DNA of 64,000 nt, from NCBI GenBank assembly GCA_001643675.2, contig LSRY02000045.1, positions 746,775-810,774 on the forward strand, given 5' to 3'. This document shows, one piece after another, positions 37,289 to 51,000 of this stretch. Position numbers and translations under genes: made by a program. Position 1 is the stretch's first letter, and every line of letters starts with the position of its first letter. Source of the DNA: Monocercomonoides exilis PA203. Lineage: Eukaryota > Protista > Preaxostyla. The notes under the pieces are model-generated. The model did no database searches. It had not been told where the DNA came from and saw nothing but the letters and a program-made list of their open reading frames with translations.

Positions 37289-37675
37289 TCTTTTACCTCT
37301 TCTTCTTCCTCTTCTTTTACCTCTTCTTCTTCCTCTTTCCCATCTTTTCCATCTCCTCCTTCAAACTCTCCTTTTCCTCCTTTTTCTTCTCGATCAATCG
37401 ATCCATTTCTGTACTCTTCAATCAAAAGCTCTCCTTCCTCATCCTCATCCTCTTTCTCTTCCTCTCTTTCCTCCTCCTCTTCCACCCCTTCTTCTTTGTC
37501 TTCCTCTTCCTCCTCACCTTCTTTTTCTTCTCCTTCTCCTTCATCATCGTCAACTTCTTCCTCTTCTTCTTCTTCTCTTCCTTCAAATTATTCTTCGCTC
37601 AATTCTTTTTTGGCCTCAAATACGATCGTCACACAGCAGATGGCACTCGCCAATCCGAATAACCTGACTGTTTGA
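30822..37675 (+). CDS. Very large low-complexity protein (alternating poly-Ser/Pro and Glu/Lys/Arg blocks, RG repeats, AT-hook)
   Basis: The frame is open from 30944 to 37675. A plausible first exon 30822-30887 joins in frame through a 56-nt GT-AG intron (30888-30943). AT-hook-like KRKRGRPPGSLNK near 35476-35514, RGRGRG tracts, and a short non-repetitive segment at ~31360-31660. Confidence 0.7.
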
Positions 37676-38609
37676 GGTCTTTTCGAAGAATGCTTTATTT
37701 CTAAATGTTTATTGAGATGATATAGTTATTTTTTTATGTTTATTTTTATTTTTATTATTTATTTATTTGATTCACTTTGGAGAAAGAATTGTGGATTCTG
37801 AAGTTTTTATTCTTTTTCTTATTATTTTTAATTATTAAAAAAAAATTTTTTTTTTTTTTTTTATCTTCCAGATTTTCAGAAATATTTTTATAAAGCATAA
37901 AACTTTTCGTTTTTTTCCTGTTAATATTTATATTAACAAATATCAGAAAAGGGTTGTTCGTTTCTATTTTTAAAAAAATCACACATAACATGAAATATCC
38001 TTTTTGAAATTATTCTTTCTTTCGAGTTGTGATCAAAAATATTTCCTCAATGAAATTTTTGAAAAAACAGTTACAAAGGTTAGTTCATTCTGCTCATGAT
38101 GATGTAATTAAGGATATGTGGAAAAATTCTTTAATTTAAGAAAAAAAATTGGATTATTTCCATTCTTTTTCTGCTTTCATTTCTTAATAAGTTAATCATT
38201 GTTGTGCTTAAAATATTGTTTCAAAATCGATAAACAAGAAACATTCAAAATGATGGATGGGACACAATTCTGAAAACTTAAAAAAACTGTCCCTCTTAAA
38301 ATATTCAACAATTCCAATTGAGGGAAAAAAAAGAAGAAAAGGAAACAAACAAACAAACAAATAAGTTGTTAAACAAAATAAAATATAAAAACTTTGCCAT
38401 AATTGATGTTTTGCCTTTATTTTTATAATCTCGAATATAGTTAGTGTTGATAATTGTGGACTCTTTCAATTGCTGTAAACAATGACAATATCTCATCAAC
38501 TATTAATTGTTGCATTTCGACTATTGATCAAATAATCACTTCAATAAATGCAAACTTATATGAATTGTTTCCATCATTCATCCAATTCCAAGAATTATTT
38601 TTTTTAATT

Positions 38610-40617
38610 GGGTTATAATTTTATCTTGACCTTTTTTTATCAAAACCTTTTTTTTTAATTTATCATTATCTTTTCCCACAATTTCATATTTTTAAAGATT
38701 TTTAAGTATATATATGAATTCAATAGATAAAAATAAATCCATTTTGCAACAAACCCAATTTCGAATGGGGGGGGGGGGGAGATGTGGGGGTTTAGCCCCT
38801 TCATTGAACTTCTGTGTGGAATTGGAGGGTTACATGGGGCATAAAACCTTCAGTTTGTTTAAAACGTTATTTTTCGATTTTTTTTTTCATTTCATCTCTA
38901 TAAAAAAATAAAAAATTGTTATAATCGTAAAAATATTATTATAAAAATGAAAATATCCACAAAAACAAAATTAAAAGAAGGTCAGTAAATTACAGAGAGA
39001 AATGTCTTCACGCAAGTGTAGGAATTATTACAGTCGGCTGGAGCGAATGGCTCACATCGTTGTCGATGGAGTAGTTCGCTTTCCGGATGCTATTAATTCC
39101 AAGGAATTCAGCCGTGCAGGAATAAAGAATGCAGTTCGAGCACTGAGAAAAGGAAGGCTTGTTGGAAAAGTTGGCAGACCTGCAGCAGTAGTGGGCGAAA
39201 AGGAACAAAGAGTTTTAGACATTATTCACATTGAAGCAAAGTCTGGAACATGTTTAACTTTGAAAAAAACAAGAGAATTGGTTTGTTTAATTTTTATTAA
39301 TATGTTTTAATCATTTGTTTTTCAGATAGAAAATGTTATAAACGACAACAATGACGAAGACGCACCATTTACCGAAGTTTCAATATCTGCCACACATGGC
39401 TTTGTCAAGCGTCATCCTGAGCTGATGACTGGAACGCCGAAGAATTTGGACATCAGCAGATTGGCTGTTTCGTGCAAAAGTGTTTTTAAACACTAATGAA
39501 AAATTCTCGAAGATCTGAATGAAAAGTTTCACAACAAGCCAGCTCTTATTATCAACATCGACAAATCTTCAACGTGCGTTCCCTCAGATTCAAAATAGCT
39601 TGATACGCACTCTGCTGATGCGAAAGTTGGTTTCACAAAAGAACATCCAAGAATGATAAATTCTACATTCGTAGCAGCTGTTGCAGCGGACGGATATGCC
39701 TTTCCTTCAGTCATTTTGTGGCCAAGTGCAAAGCTGCCAGAAGAACTGAAATGCCTGCTATCTCCAACGCATGAGATATGGGCAAATGGAAGCGGCTGGA
39801 TGGACAACGAGTGCTTCAAAATGCATGCTCTCACTGTTCTTCTGCCTTCTATCATCGAAAGAAGAAAGCGCATGTCACTTGAAAACGAACACATTCTTCT
39901 CCTCCTTGATTCGCATGGATCTCGCGCAGATCCATCGATCTGGCGAGAATTCCAAAAGCAACAAGTCGACGTTCTAACCTTCGTGCCACACAGGACACAC
40001 CTCTGTCAGCCGTTAGACAGAGGAGTGTTTGCTGTATTCAAATCTGAACTGACAAACAGATTTGAGGCTCCCTCTTCTTTTTCATCTTCCTCCAAACGAG
40101 CAGCAATTTCCGACGTTCTGCCTCAAGCCATCCACACTGCATTGTCTCCTTCTGTGATTCAGAAAGCTTTTGTCTGCAGTGGTGTTCTGCATAATACTTC
40201 TGGGCCAGTTCTTTTGAAACTGCCCGAATCTTCAATTTACCCTCTTCCATCCCGAAGAAATAGATTCAACTTTTATGGAAAAGTGATAACCGACGAAAAT
40301 CTTTTAGAGAAATGGGAAAATCATTTGAAAATGAATATTGAAAGGAAAAATGAAATGGATGAAAAGGAGAAAGATGAAGTGAAGACTGTTGTGGATGAAA
40401 AGAAAAAAATAAAAAGAAGATTTCTTCATGTGAAAAACGATGATTCTGATGAAGAAAAGAAAGATAATGCATTAAATCGAGCTGAAGGAAAAAGGAAAGT
40501 TATCAGAAGAATTAATTCTGATTTTGTTTTCTTTTAATTATGTTGTTTTTTGAATTTTTTTCACTTCATTTTTTTGGGTCAGAATAAAGAAAAAGGGCCA
40601 AGATAAAATGATAACAC
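38610..40617 (+). mobile_element. pogo/Fot1-like (Tc1/mariner superfamily) DNA transposon, decayed
   Basis: TIRs GGGTTATAATTTTATCTTGACCTTTTT (38610-38636) and the reverse complement of 40591-40617 (GTGTTATCATTTTATCTTGGCCCTTTT; 23/27 identical) bracket a DDE_1 transposase. Confidence 0.82.
39002..40537 (+). pseudogene. DDE_1 (DD35D) transposase with a 45-nt intron and premature stops
   Basis: GKVGRP and GFVKRHPEL (CENP-B-type HTH region); IINIDKSS (NxDET-like); WANGSGWMD; LLLLDSHGSR; THLCQPLDRGVF..FK, with 35 residues between the 2nd and 3rd Asp. Intron 39281-39325 (GTTTGT...TTTCAG). In-frame stops at 39494, 39497 and 39596. Confidence 0.88.
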
Positions 40618-42076
40618 TTAATCAAATTTTCTTGGTGAAAAAATCCTGAGAATCTAATTTCTACGTGTTTCTCCGAAAATGGATAATGTTTTTATCTTTA
40701 TTGCATATATCAAAAATTTGTGATAAGCTCCTTTTGTGTAATTTTCAGAATAAAATGAAAACTGAACATTTTCTTCATATTTTCAATCCAACTCACTGAA
40801 TTCAACAGCATGGGAAAACAAGCTTGACAATGCAATAATAAACATTCTTGTGAAGTTTAGTAAGTGGAAACAAAATATTTATCGAAAAATGAAAATTTTA
40901 TTTTGCATGATATTTAAACAAAAGGAAGTTTTCAAAAAAAAAATATCAATGTGTTATTTTTTTCAGAAAAGAAAAAATGATTTCTGCAATTCATGTATTG
41001 CTTTTCATAATTAATTCGATGTCATTTTCTTTATCGTGTTAGATTCATTTGCCTATCCATCAGAATAAAGCAAGATATTTGTGAGTGAATATCCTTTTCG
41101 CAACATATTGTCCTTGCTCAATATCATTGAACAGTGTTGTTATTCATTTGTATTGAAATGTCAAAAATCTCAATAAAAAACTATTTTTTTCTTTGGAAAA
41201 ATAACAAGCACATCATCGATCACCTTTTTCAACAATGAATTACAGCGTCTCGCTTCGGTCATCAATCTTTCTTCAACAATTTATTTTATCTTCAAAAAAA
41301 AATCAGTTGCCTAAAGTGGAGATTTGAAGAACATTGATCATTCAGGAATGAAAAATGTAACGAGAGATAAAACCTTCACCATTTATCATCCTGTTCGAAG
41401 AGCGTTTCATAAAGATGACTGCATAAAGGATGGAGGAAAATTGAGGTTTGAAAAGTTTCAATTTCAAAGAGATTTCAAACACAATGATTTCAAATTAACC
41501 ATTCACATTTCTTGTTTTGATCTCTTTTATTCATTCCCAATAACATTCCTTTGAAATGACTAAATAACTAAAAAAGAAAAGAAAAGAAAACACGTATATC
41601 TTCTTTGTTGTGAAGAAGACCAAACAGAAGCTCCAAAAATGATGAAAAGATAAATATTGCAAAAGTATATCACAGCACAGCCAAATACATACACACACCA
41701 ATACATACAAATACATACTAATATATACTGATATGTGCGCCAACTGTTCACTGGCACATACCAGAGGCTTCAAATGTTCCATTGGAGAGAGAATGGAAAA
41801 ATGAATGTGAATGAAAGACAAATGCAAATGCAAATCAAACACTTCAAACAGAAAACAGAAAACAAAAAACGAAAGAATAATTCCATTCAATAAAAATATC
41901 ACTCACTCACATACAACCCAACAAAAACAACAAAAATTGCAAACACGTTTCACTCCACTTGATCTTTTATCCGTCCATCTCCAATTCAACTGCCTCCATT
42001 TCCATCGTTCAAACCCTCCAACTCTTCGTCTTTTTCTCTCCTTTTCCTTTTCATTTCGTTTGTATCAATCGTCCAT

Positions 42077-45000
42077 TCATGCCATCCCTCTCTCTTCCCC
42101 TTTCAAATAGCTGCTCGGCACAATCTCATCCCCGCTTTTGTCTCGCCTGATCACCGACCCATCCACCAGGCAAAGCGCATCCGATGCTGTCACCATCATC
42201 GCCCCTGGCCCGCACCCCGCCGCCAGCTCTCGCCTCAGCTCCCCCAGCCCACACCGGTCTCCAGGCGCACACACCACACACCCCTTCACAACCCCGCCAA
42301 ATGACGACCCCGCCACCTTCTCCATCTCCGGCCTCTCCCCATTCACAATCTTCTGCCCTGCCACCTCTGCCGGATACTCCCCAAACGGAATCTCCACCGT
42401 CAGAATCTCCCACAGCATCATCCCCATCGAAAACACAACCGACTCCTTCGTTGCCCCTATCTTCCTCTTCATCTGTAGCTCTGGCGCCTTCCATCTCAAA
42501 CAATCATTCCAGTTGTCGGGCTCATCCTTAAATGCTGATGAGGGCAGAGAGTCACTATCATCATCATCATCACTGGCAGATGTCACATCTGTTGATGAAG
42601 AAATGGATGATGAGTCTGAGTCATCATCTGACGAGCAGTCTGAGTGGAGTGCAATGCAGATCACCATGTGCTCCGAAAACAGAACAATGTGCGGACTCAG
42701 ATTCTCCAGAGACGAAAGCGGAACTTCCATCTCGTCAAACGAGTGGAGCGCCAAATTCGCCACCAGCAGCAGCACTTCTGCTGCTGTCTGCTCTCTTTCC
42801 TTCAATGTGCCTATCGCCATCTCCTTTGTTTTATTCCTCCCATGAAGCAGCATGAACAGCGAATCCCTCAAATCCACAATCAGCTTCTCATGTGGTGATG
42901 AGCAGGCAATTGCATCCACCAGATTCGATATCGATGAGGTGGTCGGACACAGATCGTCCATCCTCACAAATGTTGTGTTTGTGTCTGTGGATGAGATGGA
43001 TGGTGATGGTGTTCTCTTCCTTATCTCTTCTTCTTCTTCTATCTCCAGTGCCCATTCAGGAATCTTGTCTGAATCCTTTCCAAGAATATATTCAGTGGAG
43101 CCACTCTCAGCCAACAAATACTCTTCTGACTCCGAATGCACCATCTTCTTTTCATACACCCTCTTCTTTGCATTCTCTTCATTCTTCTTCTCTTCTCTCC
43201 TCCATTGCGCCTCTGGTGACATCTCCATCGTTACCATCTCAAATGCCTTCGGATCCTTCTTGATGTTATCATCAACAATCTCTTTGTATTTTTTCGCTTC
43301 TTCTTTTTCCTTTCTCCATCGAACAGCCAAAACAATAGATACAATCAGAACAATAAGCAGAATTACAACAAGCACAATCACAATCAACAACCAATAAGAT
43401 TTTCCTTCTTTTCCTCCTTCAGCAATCCTTTCATCCCCATTTGTCTTTGCTTCACTTGCATTCTTCAGAATAAATGAATTTGTTGATGAAGGATAATCAT
43501 TAACTCCGAATAAAATGAGCACACTCACCTCAATATCATCTCCGCAGCTGCTGACGAGATCTTTCTCCACATTTCCTTCTGCTTCTCTTTCTGATAATAG
43601 CCCATTTCTATCAAAATCGTGTTTTTCAATCTCTTTCTCTTCTCCCTTCTTCTTCACAACTGAGAATGACAAATTGCATGGAATAAGAAGCATTCCTTTG
43701 AATATCAATTTCATTCTATCTGTCTCTTCTTTTGCTTCCACACTCTCCAGAACAGGAATGAAGAATGATGAATCCCTCTCTGAAGCAATCCCTTCAAAAC
43801 TGCACCCATCATTCAACATCCAAAGAGATGTATTTCTTTCCCATCCATCTCCTCCTTTCAGACACACAACATTCAATGTTCCTGAATCTGAGCAAATGAT
43901 ATTCCTTCTCAGCGATGGATATCCTTCAATTGATGGATTATTGTTTTCAAATCTTCCATCATTAACGATCAATGCCCCTCCATTTATTGTTATTCCACCT
44001 TCTGGTGAATTCGAGATTGTTGAATCCTTCATCATCACAGAACTCTTCGCAACATCCACAAGAGATCCTTCCCATCTGCACATCTCTTCTTCTGTATTTA
44101 AATATTGTTCGTTTCTTTCATTTGAACTCCCATCGAAAATGCAACTGTCCATTTTCACATCCAAACAATTCCCCAGCTTTATCAACTTCCCTTTTGTTTT
44201 GTTTGAACTGACTCTGCCCATTGTGCAATTTGTCAATTGCATCGTCTTTTTCATTGACAGGCAACATATCAATGATTCTTCATTTCCTTCAACTGTGATA
44301 TTTTCTGTTTTGAAATCCTTGATTGTCAATTGCCCGTATTCATAAACATCTATCAGAGATTTTGAAATTGTTGAATTGCAAATCGTTAATGAATCGATGA
44401 CTGATGCAAGTGATGATAATAGAGATAATGAAGATTCATGAAGAATGAGATTTGATATCTTGCATTCCATGAGTTGTAATTCTCCTTTTTCCATTTTTAT
44501 AATGAGAAATGGAATGTTTGCTAATTCTATACTTCCTTCTCCAGCCGATTGTTTTGAGTCAAATGAGCAATTTATTATCTCAAGAATCCCTCCCTCTGGT
44601 GATATCAATGATTCGTGTGAAGAGATGAAATTTGAATCAAACACAAAATTCACTCTCACCAACGAGACTGTTTCTCTTGTTGAAATCAAAGAATCCTTTG
44701 TTTTTTCAATTCTTGATTTCACTTCAACTTTACAATTTTCTCTGCTCTTCGAACTCAGACTCATCTCCTCCAGATTTATTTCTCTTCCAATCACACTCTC
44801 AGTGTCAACATACAATAGACTCACATATTCAGATGTCAGATGCATCAGTCCATGCTCAATTGAATCACATGGAAGAGCATTTGTTCCACATTGTCTGTCA
44901 TTCGAACCATTCACACTGCTCACAACAATTGTGTCACTCTGATGGATAGTCACAAATTCAATAAGATCTGTATCTTCTTTGTGCTCACAACTATCAATTC

Positions 45001-48000
45001 CATATATAGCATTAATTCGTGAATAATGATTCTCTCGAAGATCAAACTGGAATTGGCTTTCATTGATCTGGGATGGGATGTTGAAGCATTCAATGAAAAT
45101 ATCATTCCCCACTCTTGCTGTGTTTGAACTGAATTTCATTCCCGTAAATGTGAAATCAAGAAACCCTCTTTCCTTTGTTGCCAGATACACCCCTCCTCCT
45201 TTTCCATTGGTGCAGCTGCATTGGCTGATTGTTGAGTCAATCATCTTCATCGATCCAGATACACCCAATGTGAAGAATATTGCCCCTCCTTTTTCACTCA
45301 TTTCTGCTTTGTCTTCTGTGATGTTGCTCGAATTCACAGCCAAACAAATCCTTTTCTCACTCTTTGATTCCAAAATGTTTGGTCCATTGTCACTTCTCTT
45401 CACTCCTGAAAATGATGAATTATTAATCTCAATATTTACACATTCTTCATTTATCTTAAATCCTTGTTCAGATTTCTTGATTGATAAAATGCATCCTCTG
45501 CTTTCATTCAACGATTCCACTCGAATATTCACAAAATGGCAAGTAATTCCAGCATCGTGAATGACAAAAATACTGTTTCCAACATTGCACGATTCAATCG
45601 ACAAATCATTCACTTCCACACTTCCTCCAATCACATCCACGAATACACAATCAAATCCATTATTAACTCCTGCTTCTGAATGGAATGAACATCCAGTTAT
45701 CACCAACTCACCAGCTCTGCTTGAAATAATCGTTTTGGCTGAGTTGTCGAATCCCGATGTTAATCGGAGCTGGATATTCGTCAATTCAAGATGAATATCA
45801 TTTTCCATGAAATATTCCGGTTGACTTCCTATTGACTTTTCAAAATTCAATATTGCTTTTGTATCTTCTTCTCCAATCTTTACACTTTTTTTGATCTGAT
45901 AATTGGACACGTTGAATGAATCTCGAATAAAAGTTGATCCTTCAATCTGAATTGTTTTATTTTCATCTTCATCTCTCATATTTTTCATCCCTTTCCACAT
46001 TGTGAAGCATGGCTCTTCCTCACTTCCACAACGTGCAACATCAAATCCACTTGATGAGATAAATATCTCAAATGAGCTGAATGGAATGAGGAACATGAAT
46101 AAATCTTTGCTTGAATGAAAATCATCACTTCCCACAAACAAATTGTTATCATCCTTCATTGATGAGTAATCAAACTTGAATGACTCATTTATCACAGAAG
46201 AATTAAAATCCTTTCCCAAAATGAACACATTCTTTCCAATGGCTGCATTGTTGTTTGAAAATGAAACGTTTTCTAAAAGAAATGGCTTCTCATTCAAACA
46301 ATTTTGGCAATCCAAATACAAGAATCCTCCTTTCCCATTGCCTGATGAAAGCGAACAAGATGATGCATTTGTCGATTTCATCACCAATTCTTCTTCATTT
46401 TTTAATGTAACTTTTGCAACGCCTCCTTCTTCACCACTTCCAGTGTTCCTAATGTTTGAAAAGTTGCTGTTTTCGAACAAAACAGAAGAAGCCATTACCA
46501 GTGGTGAAATGGAAAATGAACATTCTGTCAGACTGCATCCCTTCAATGTGCAACTTCCACTTATTGTGGATATCAATGAGTATTGAATGGCCGTTGATGA
46601 TAAGATCTCAAATAAACAGCTTTCGAGTTGAAGAACCCCACTCGATGAGATCAGTGAATTCAAATTTGGCTCAAATTGACTTGGAATCTGCAATTTCAAT
46701 GATAACAAGCTGAGTGAAACTGTTGATGAAATAACAGATGAAGATGATGATGCAGAATTCCCTTTGATCCTTTCATTAAACTGAATAGGCTTGTGTTTGG
46801 TTTCATCTCCTTCATTCACACATCCATCAATCACAAGTGCATCTGTGAATGAATAAACATCTTCAATTGTCCCTTCATCCTTCACTTTCACTTTCCTTTC
46901 TCCTTCTGTCTCACTTCTGTCAATGTGGCTTATTCCACTCCACATCGATTCGCATGGATATCCATCGCTCCCACATCCCAATGTGTCATACCCCTCCCTC
47001 GACACACACACCTCCCTTCCCTTCATTTCAACAAGAAACAGCCGAAGATCAACACTCTCCGCAAAATGGTCTCTGTCAATCCCTTTCATATCAACTGCCA
47101 TCCATTCACCTTCTCCTTTTCCATTTTCATATTTGTATTCAAATCCAAACCTCTCCTTCGTCACTGTTTCATTCAGTTTCTTGCAAGAAATGAACAAATC
47201 CCTTCCCTCAGCTGCAACATTGTCTTTGAACGTCAATGTTGTCAACACAAAGTTATTCACACAATTGTCACTCAAATCCAAATTCACTCCTCCCCCATAT
47301 CCCCCAATTGATCCCTCACCTCCAGCTGAACATTTCTCAAACGATGTCACCACTCCACTCTTTCCCAAACGCATTTCTCCTGTTCCCTTCAATATCACTG
47401 CAATCCCTCCTCCACATCCCTTCAATGTTCCACATCCTTCAATCACAACATCATTCACCTCAATAGCACATCCATTTCCAACTTCTCCACTCACAACACC
47501 CCCATTTCCCTCCAAACTGCTCATCTTCATAATCGTGCAATTCCTCATCCCCAGCTTCTTTCCATTTTCATCCCATATCAGTCCTTTTCCTCCCATCACA
47601 CATTCTTGTGCTGTCACATTCCCAATCGTCAATGAACTCGATGATGACGAATACTCAATCAATCCCTTCATATTTGTTGTTTCCACACTCTCAAGCAACG
47701 AATCCTCAATCGAAGCACCCCCATTTCCATTAATAACAATGAATGCCTTCATTCCAAATTTCACTTTTCTCTCACTCCCTCCACAACTCATCCGGATAAT
47801 CTCCACATTCCCTCCACTTGCACTCGCAAACTCATAATTCACTGCATCCACTCCATTTCCCATCTTTATCCCACAATCAGCAAACCTCAATGTCCCTCCT
47901 GAAGAATGAACAAATGATGTATGTTCCCAAATCGATTCTCCCAATTCAAATAATATCCCTGTCAATGTTGATGAAACACTGTTCATCACCAATGCTTCTT

Positions 48001-51000
48001 GTGTTTTTGTTCCTGTTCCTCCAACTTTCAATCCAACATCTTTGTTGCTCGAATCAATCTCATATGACTCCTCATCCAACTTCACTTCTTCATCAAATGA
48101 AAATGTGCTTGTCAATCTGATCATTCTCTTTGAATTCGGATATCGATATTCACTCGCTTCTCCAATTCTTCTGCATGGATAATCTTCATATCCACACAGC
48201 CTGAATTCACTTCCTTGTCCTCTCCCACTCACATATGCTGGTGATGAAAATGTCCGAAGAAACACAACAAGTGGAACAATAAGCTCTGGCTTGCCACTCT
48301 CTATTCCACAAAGTTCATTCAAGTCTGCAACATTTATTCCAATTTCTGGATTGAATCCAATTGAGGTGCTGTTGATGACAGCCGATAAATCCTGTGCTTC
48401 CACAAATAAATTCTTCCCTTTCCATGCATTGCACCCACTGAATGTCATGCTTTCCAATGAAAATGTTCCCATTTGATTGGCAACTTCAGCAAACATCCCT
48501 CCTCCCATTCCTCTCCCTCCATTCTCAACATCCTCTGATGGCACAACACATTCTGACAAATTCACTCCTTTCGCTCTCAATGTTCCTCCGCTTCCAACTG
48601 ATATCATCATCCCTCCTCCTTTCATTCCACTTCCACCTGAACATCTTGATGAAAAATTGCTTTCTTCAATTTTCACATTCCCATTAACCCCCATCCCAAC
48701 ATTCAAACATCCCCCTCCTCCATTTCCACCTGCAACTTCCACATTCACCTCCACTCCACTCACTCTGCTATTCAAAATCTCCAATTGAACTCCATTTGTC
48801 ATCGTTATTGGTGATTTCCCATTCATTGTCAGTGTCCCTCCACTTTCCATCACAAATCCATCAACAATCAGATTCCCTCCTGCCATATCAATGATGCTGT
48901 ATCCTATCTTTCCATCTGTCAATGCTCCACTCTCAAATGAGACTGAACAGTTCGTCATATTGAGTGTTGATGTTGAATGGATGAATGCACTTCTCCTTGC
49001 TTTCAACTGACCTTTCACAACAAATGAAAGTCTCCTCATTGTCAGTGAACTCGAACATCCAACAAGCCAATCTTGTGTGGCTGATCCTCCATCACTCACA
49101 TTCACTTCCATCCTCTCTCCATCTGATGACACTATTCTGCCTGAAATACTCACACCAAATGACGGTCCTGTTATTTCCTTGGCAATTGACGAAGATGAGA
49201 CAACTTCTATTTCATTCACAGTGCTGCTCATTCTTGAGTTCGCACAATAATCAACTGTCAAGCACCTGAATGCCTCAAACCCACAATGGTTGTGGTCCAT
49301 CCCATTTCCTCCACTCCCATCAACAAGCACTTTTGACCCCATTGTGCACAAATACACAAACAGTGGAATCACTTCACTTTCATTACCATTTTCACTCCCA
49401 CTCAGTTTCAATACATCTGATGGAATTGTGCTTGTGTCAAAAAATGAAAATGAGCTGGTATTCACTTTTGACTCCAAAAACACACCACTCCCACAATCAA
49501 CAAACACATCCTTCCCATATTCTGCCACATTCCCATGATCTTTCGAAAACTTCACATTCTGCCCAATTGTCAATCCACATCCCTCGCTCTCCATCAATAC
49601 AAACATCCCTCCTCCTCTCCCTCCTCTCCCTCCATTATTCTCTGCCTTATTCCCATCAATCACACTTGTTCCACTCACAACCACATTCCCATTTCCCTTC
49701 AATCCAACATATATTCCTCCTCCTTTTCCACCAACACAACTGCACCCATTCACATTGCATCCATCAACTGTCAACGTTCCACTCGTTCCAACTGTTCCTT
49801 TCATCCATCCTCCATCTCCCTCATTCCTTTTGACTCCGCTGATATTGCATCCTGAACATATCACACTCGTCATTCCTTCACAAAATTCAATCGCTGAATG
49901 AGCTCCAAACACAAGTGCTCCACCAATTACAAATCGTTCCATTTTCAGACTCCCACCATGCGCATTCACAATGCTGTATCCAAAGGCCACACTCGATGTG
50001 CTCTCTGATATATGAGCAACTGAGCAGTCTGTGAGTGTGAGTGATGAGCTGGTCAAAACAATGAGTGATGTTGCACTCGATAACGAAAATGGAATTTGGA
50101 ACCCAATGTTCTTTATGGAACTTTTGCTCTCAACATTTATCAAACACGAAGATGTCATTCCACTCGGCACTCTCACATTCACATTCGTCTTGTTAACCCC
50201 ACAATACACCTCCCATTCATATGACCCTGCCATCGACACAACCTCTCCCAACTCAAACCCTGAATCCAACACAATAATTTTATTTCCTGTTGCAAATCTT
50301 GTTTCAACTGCATGAGAGATGGTTTTACATGGAAAATACCCAAACCCACAAAACCACGAGTCATATCCTCCATACCCATTCACCGCTTTCCCCACATGTG
50401 CTGCTCCTGAAAATGTGTCAAAAAACACATTCAATGGGAATATTCCCATCTCTCCCTCATTCCGGTCATATCCCATCAGCTCATCATAAATAGATGCATT
50501 GTGTCCAACATTCAGCTTTGCAGTTGTTATTGTCCCGCTCACCAGTCTGCTCCCATTCACAAACACATCCTTTCCTCCCAATGTTGCACTGCAACCAACA
50601 AAACTCACTGCTGATATCGCAAAATCAAATGAGTTATCTGCCAGCCACAGCATCACTCCTCCTCCACATCCACTGCACTTGCACTGTTTGAATGATGTTA
50701 TCCCTCCACTGTGTGAAGTTGAATCTCCAATTCTAACTTGGCTTGTTGAAGAAGCCAACTCAACCTTTATCCCTCCGCCATTTCCATTCACACACTCACA
50801 TCCTTCTATTGTTGTGTTCCACACAAAAAATGTCTCTCCCGCCATCACGCTTTTTGCCATCACCACACCATCACCTGTTGTCCGATTCACATTTCGAATT
50901 GTCACATTCGCTAAAACACTTTCTCCAGATGCCAATCCTGCTGATGATGGTTCTGCAAATAGTGATCGACTCATTTTCATATTTTTGATCTCAACGTCAA

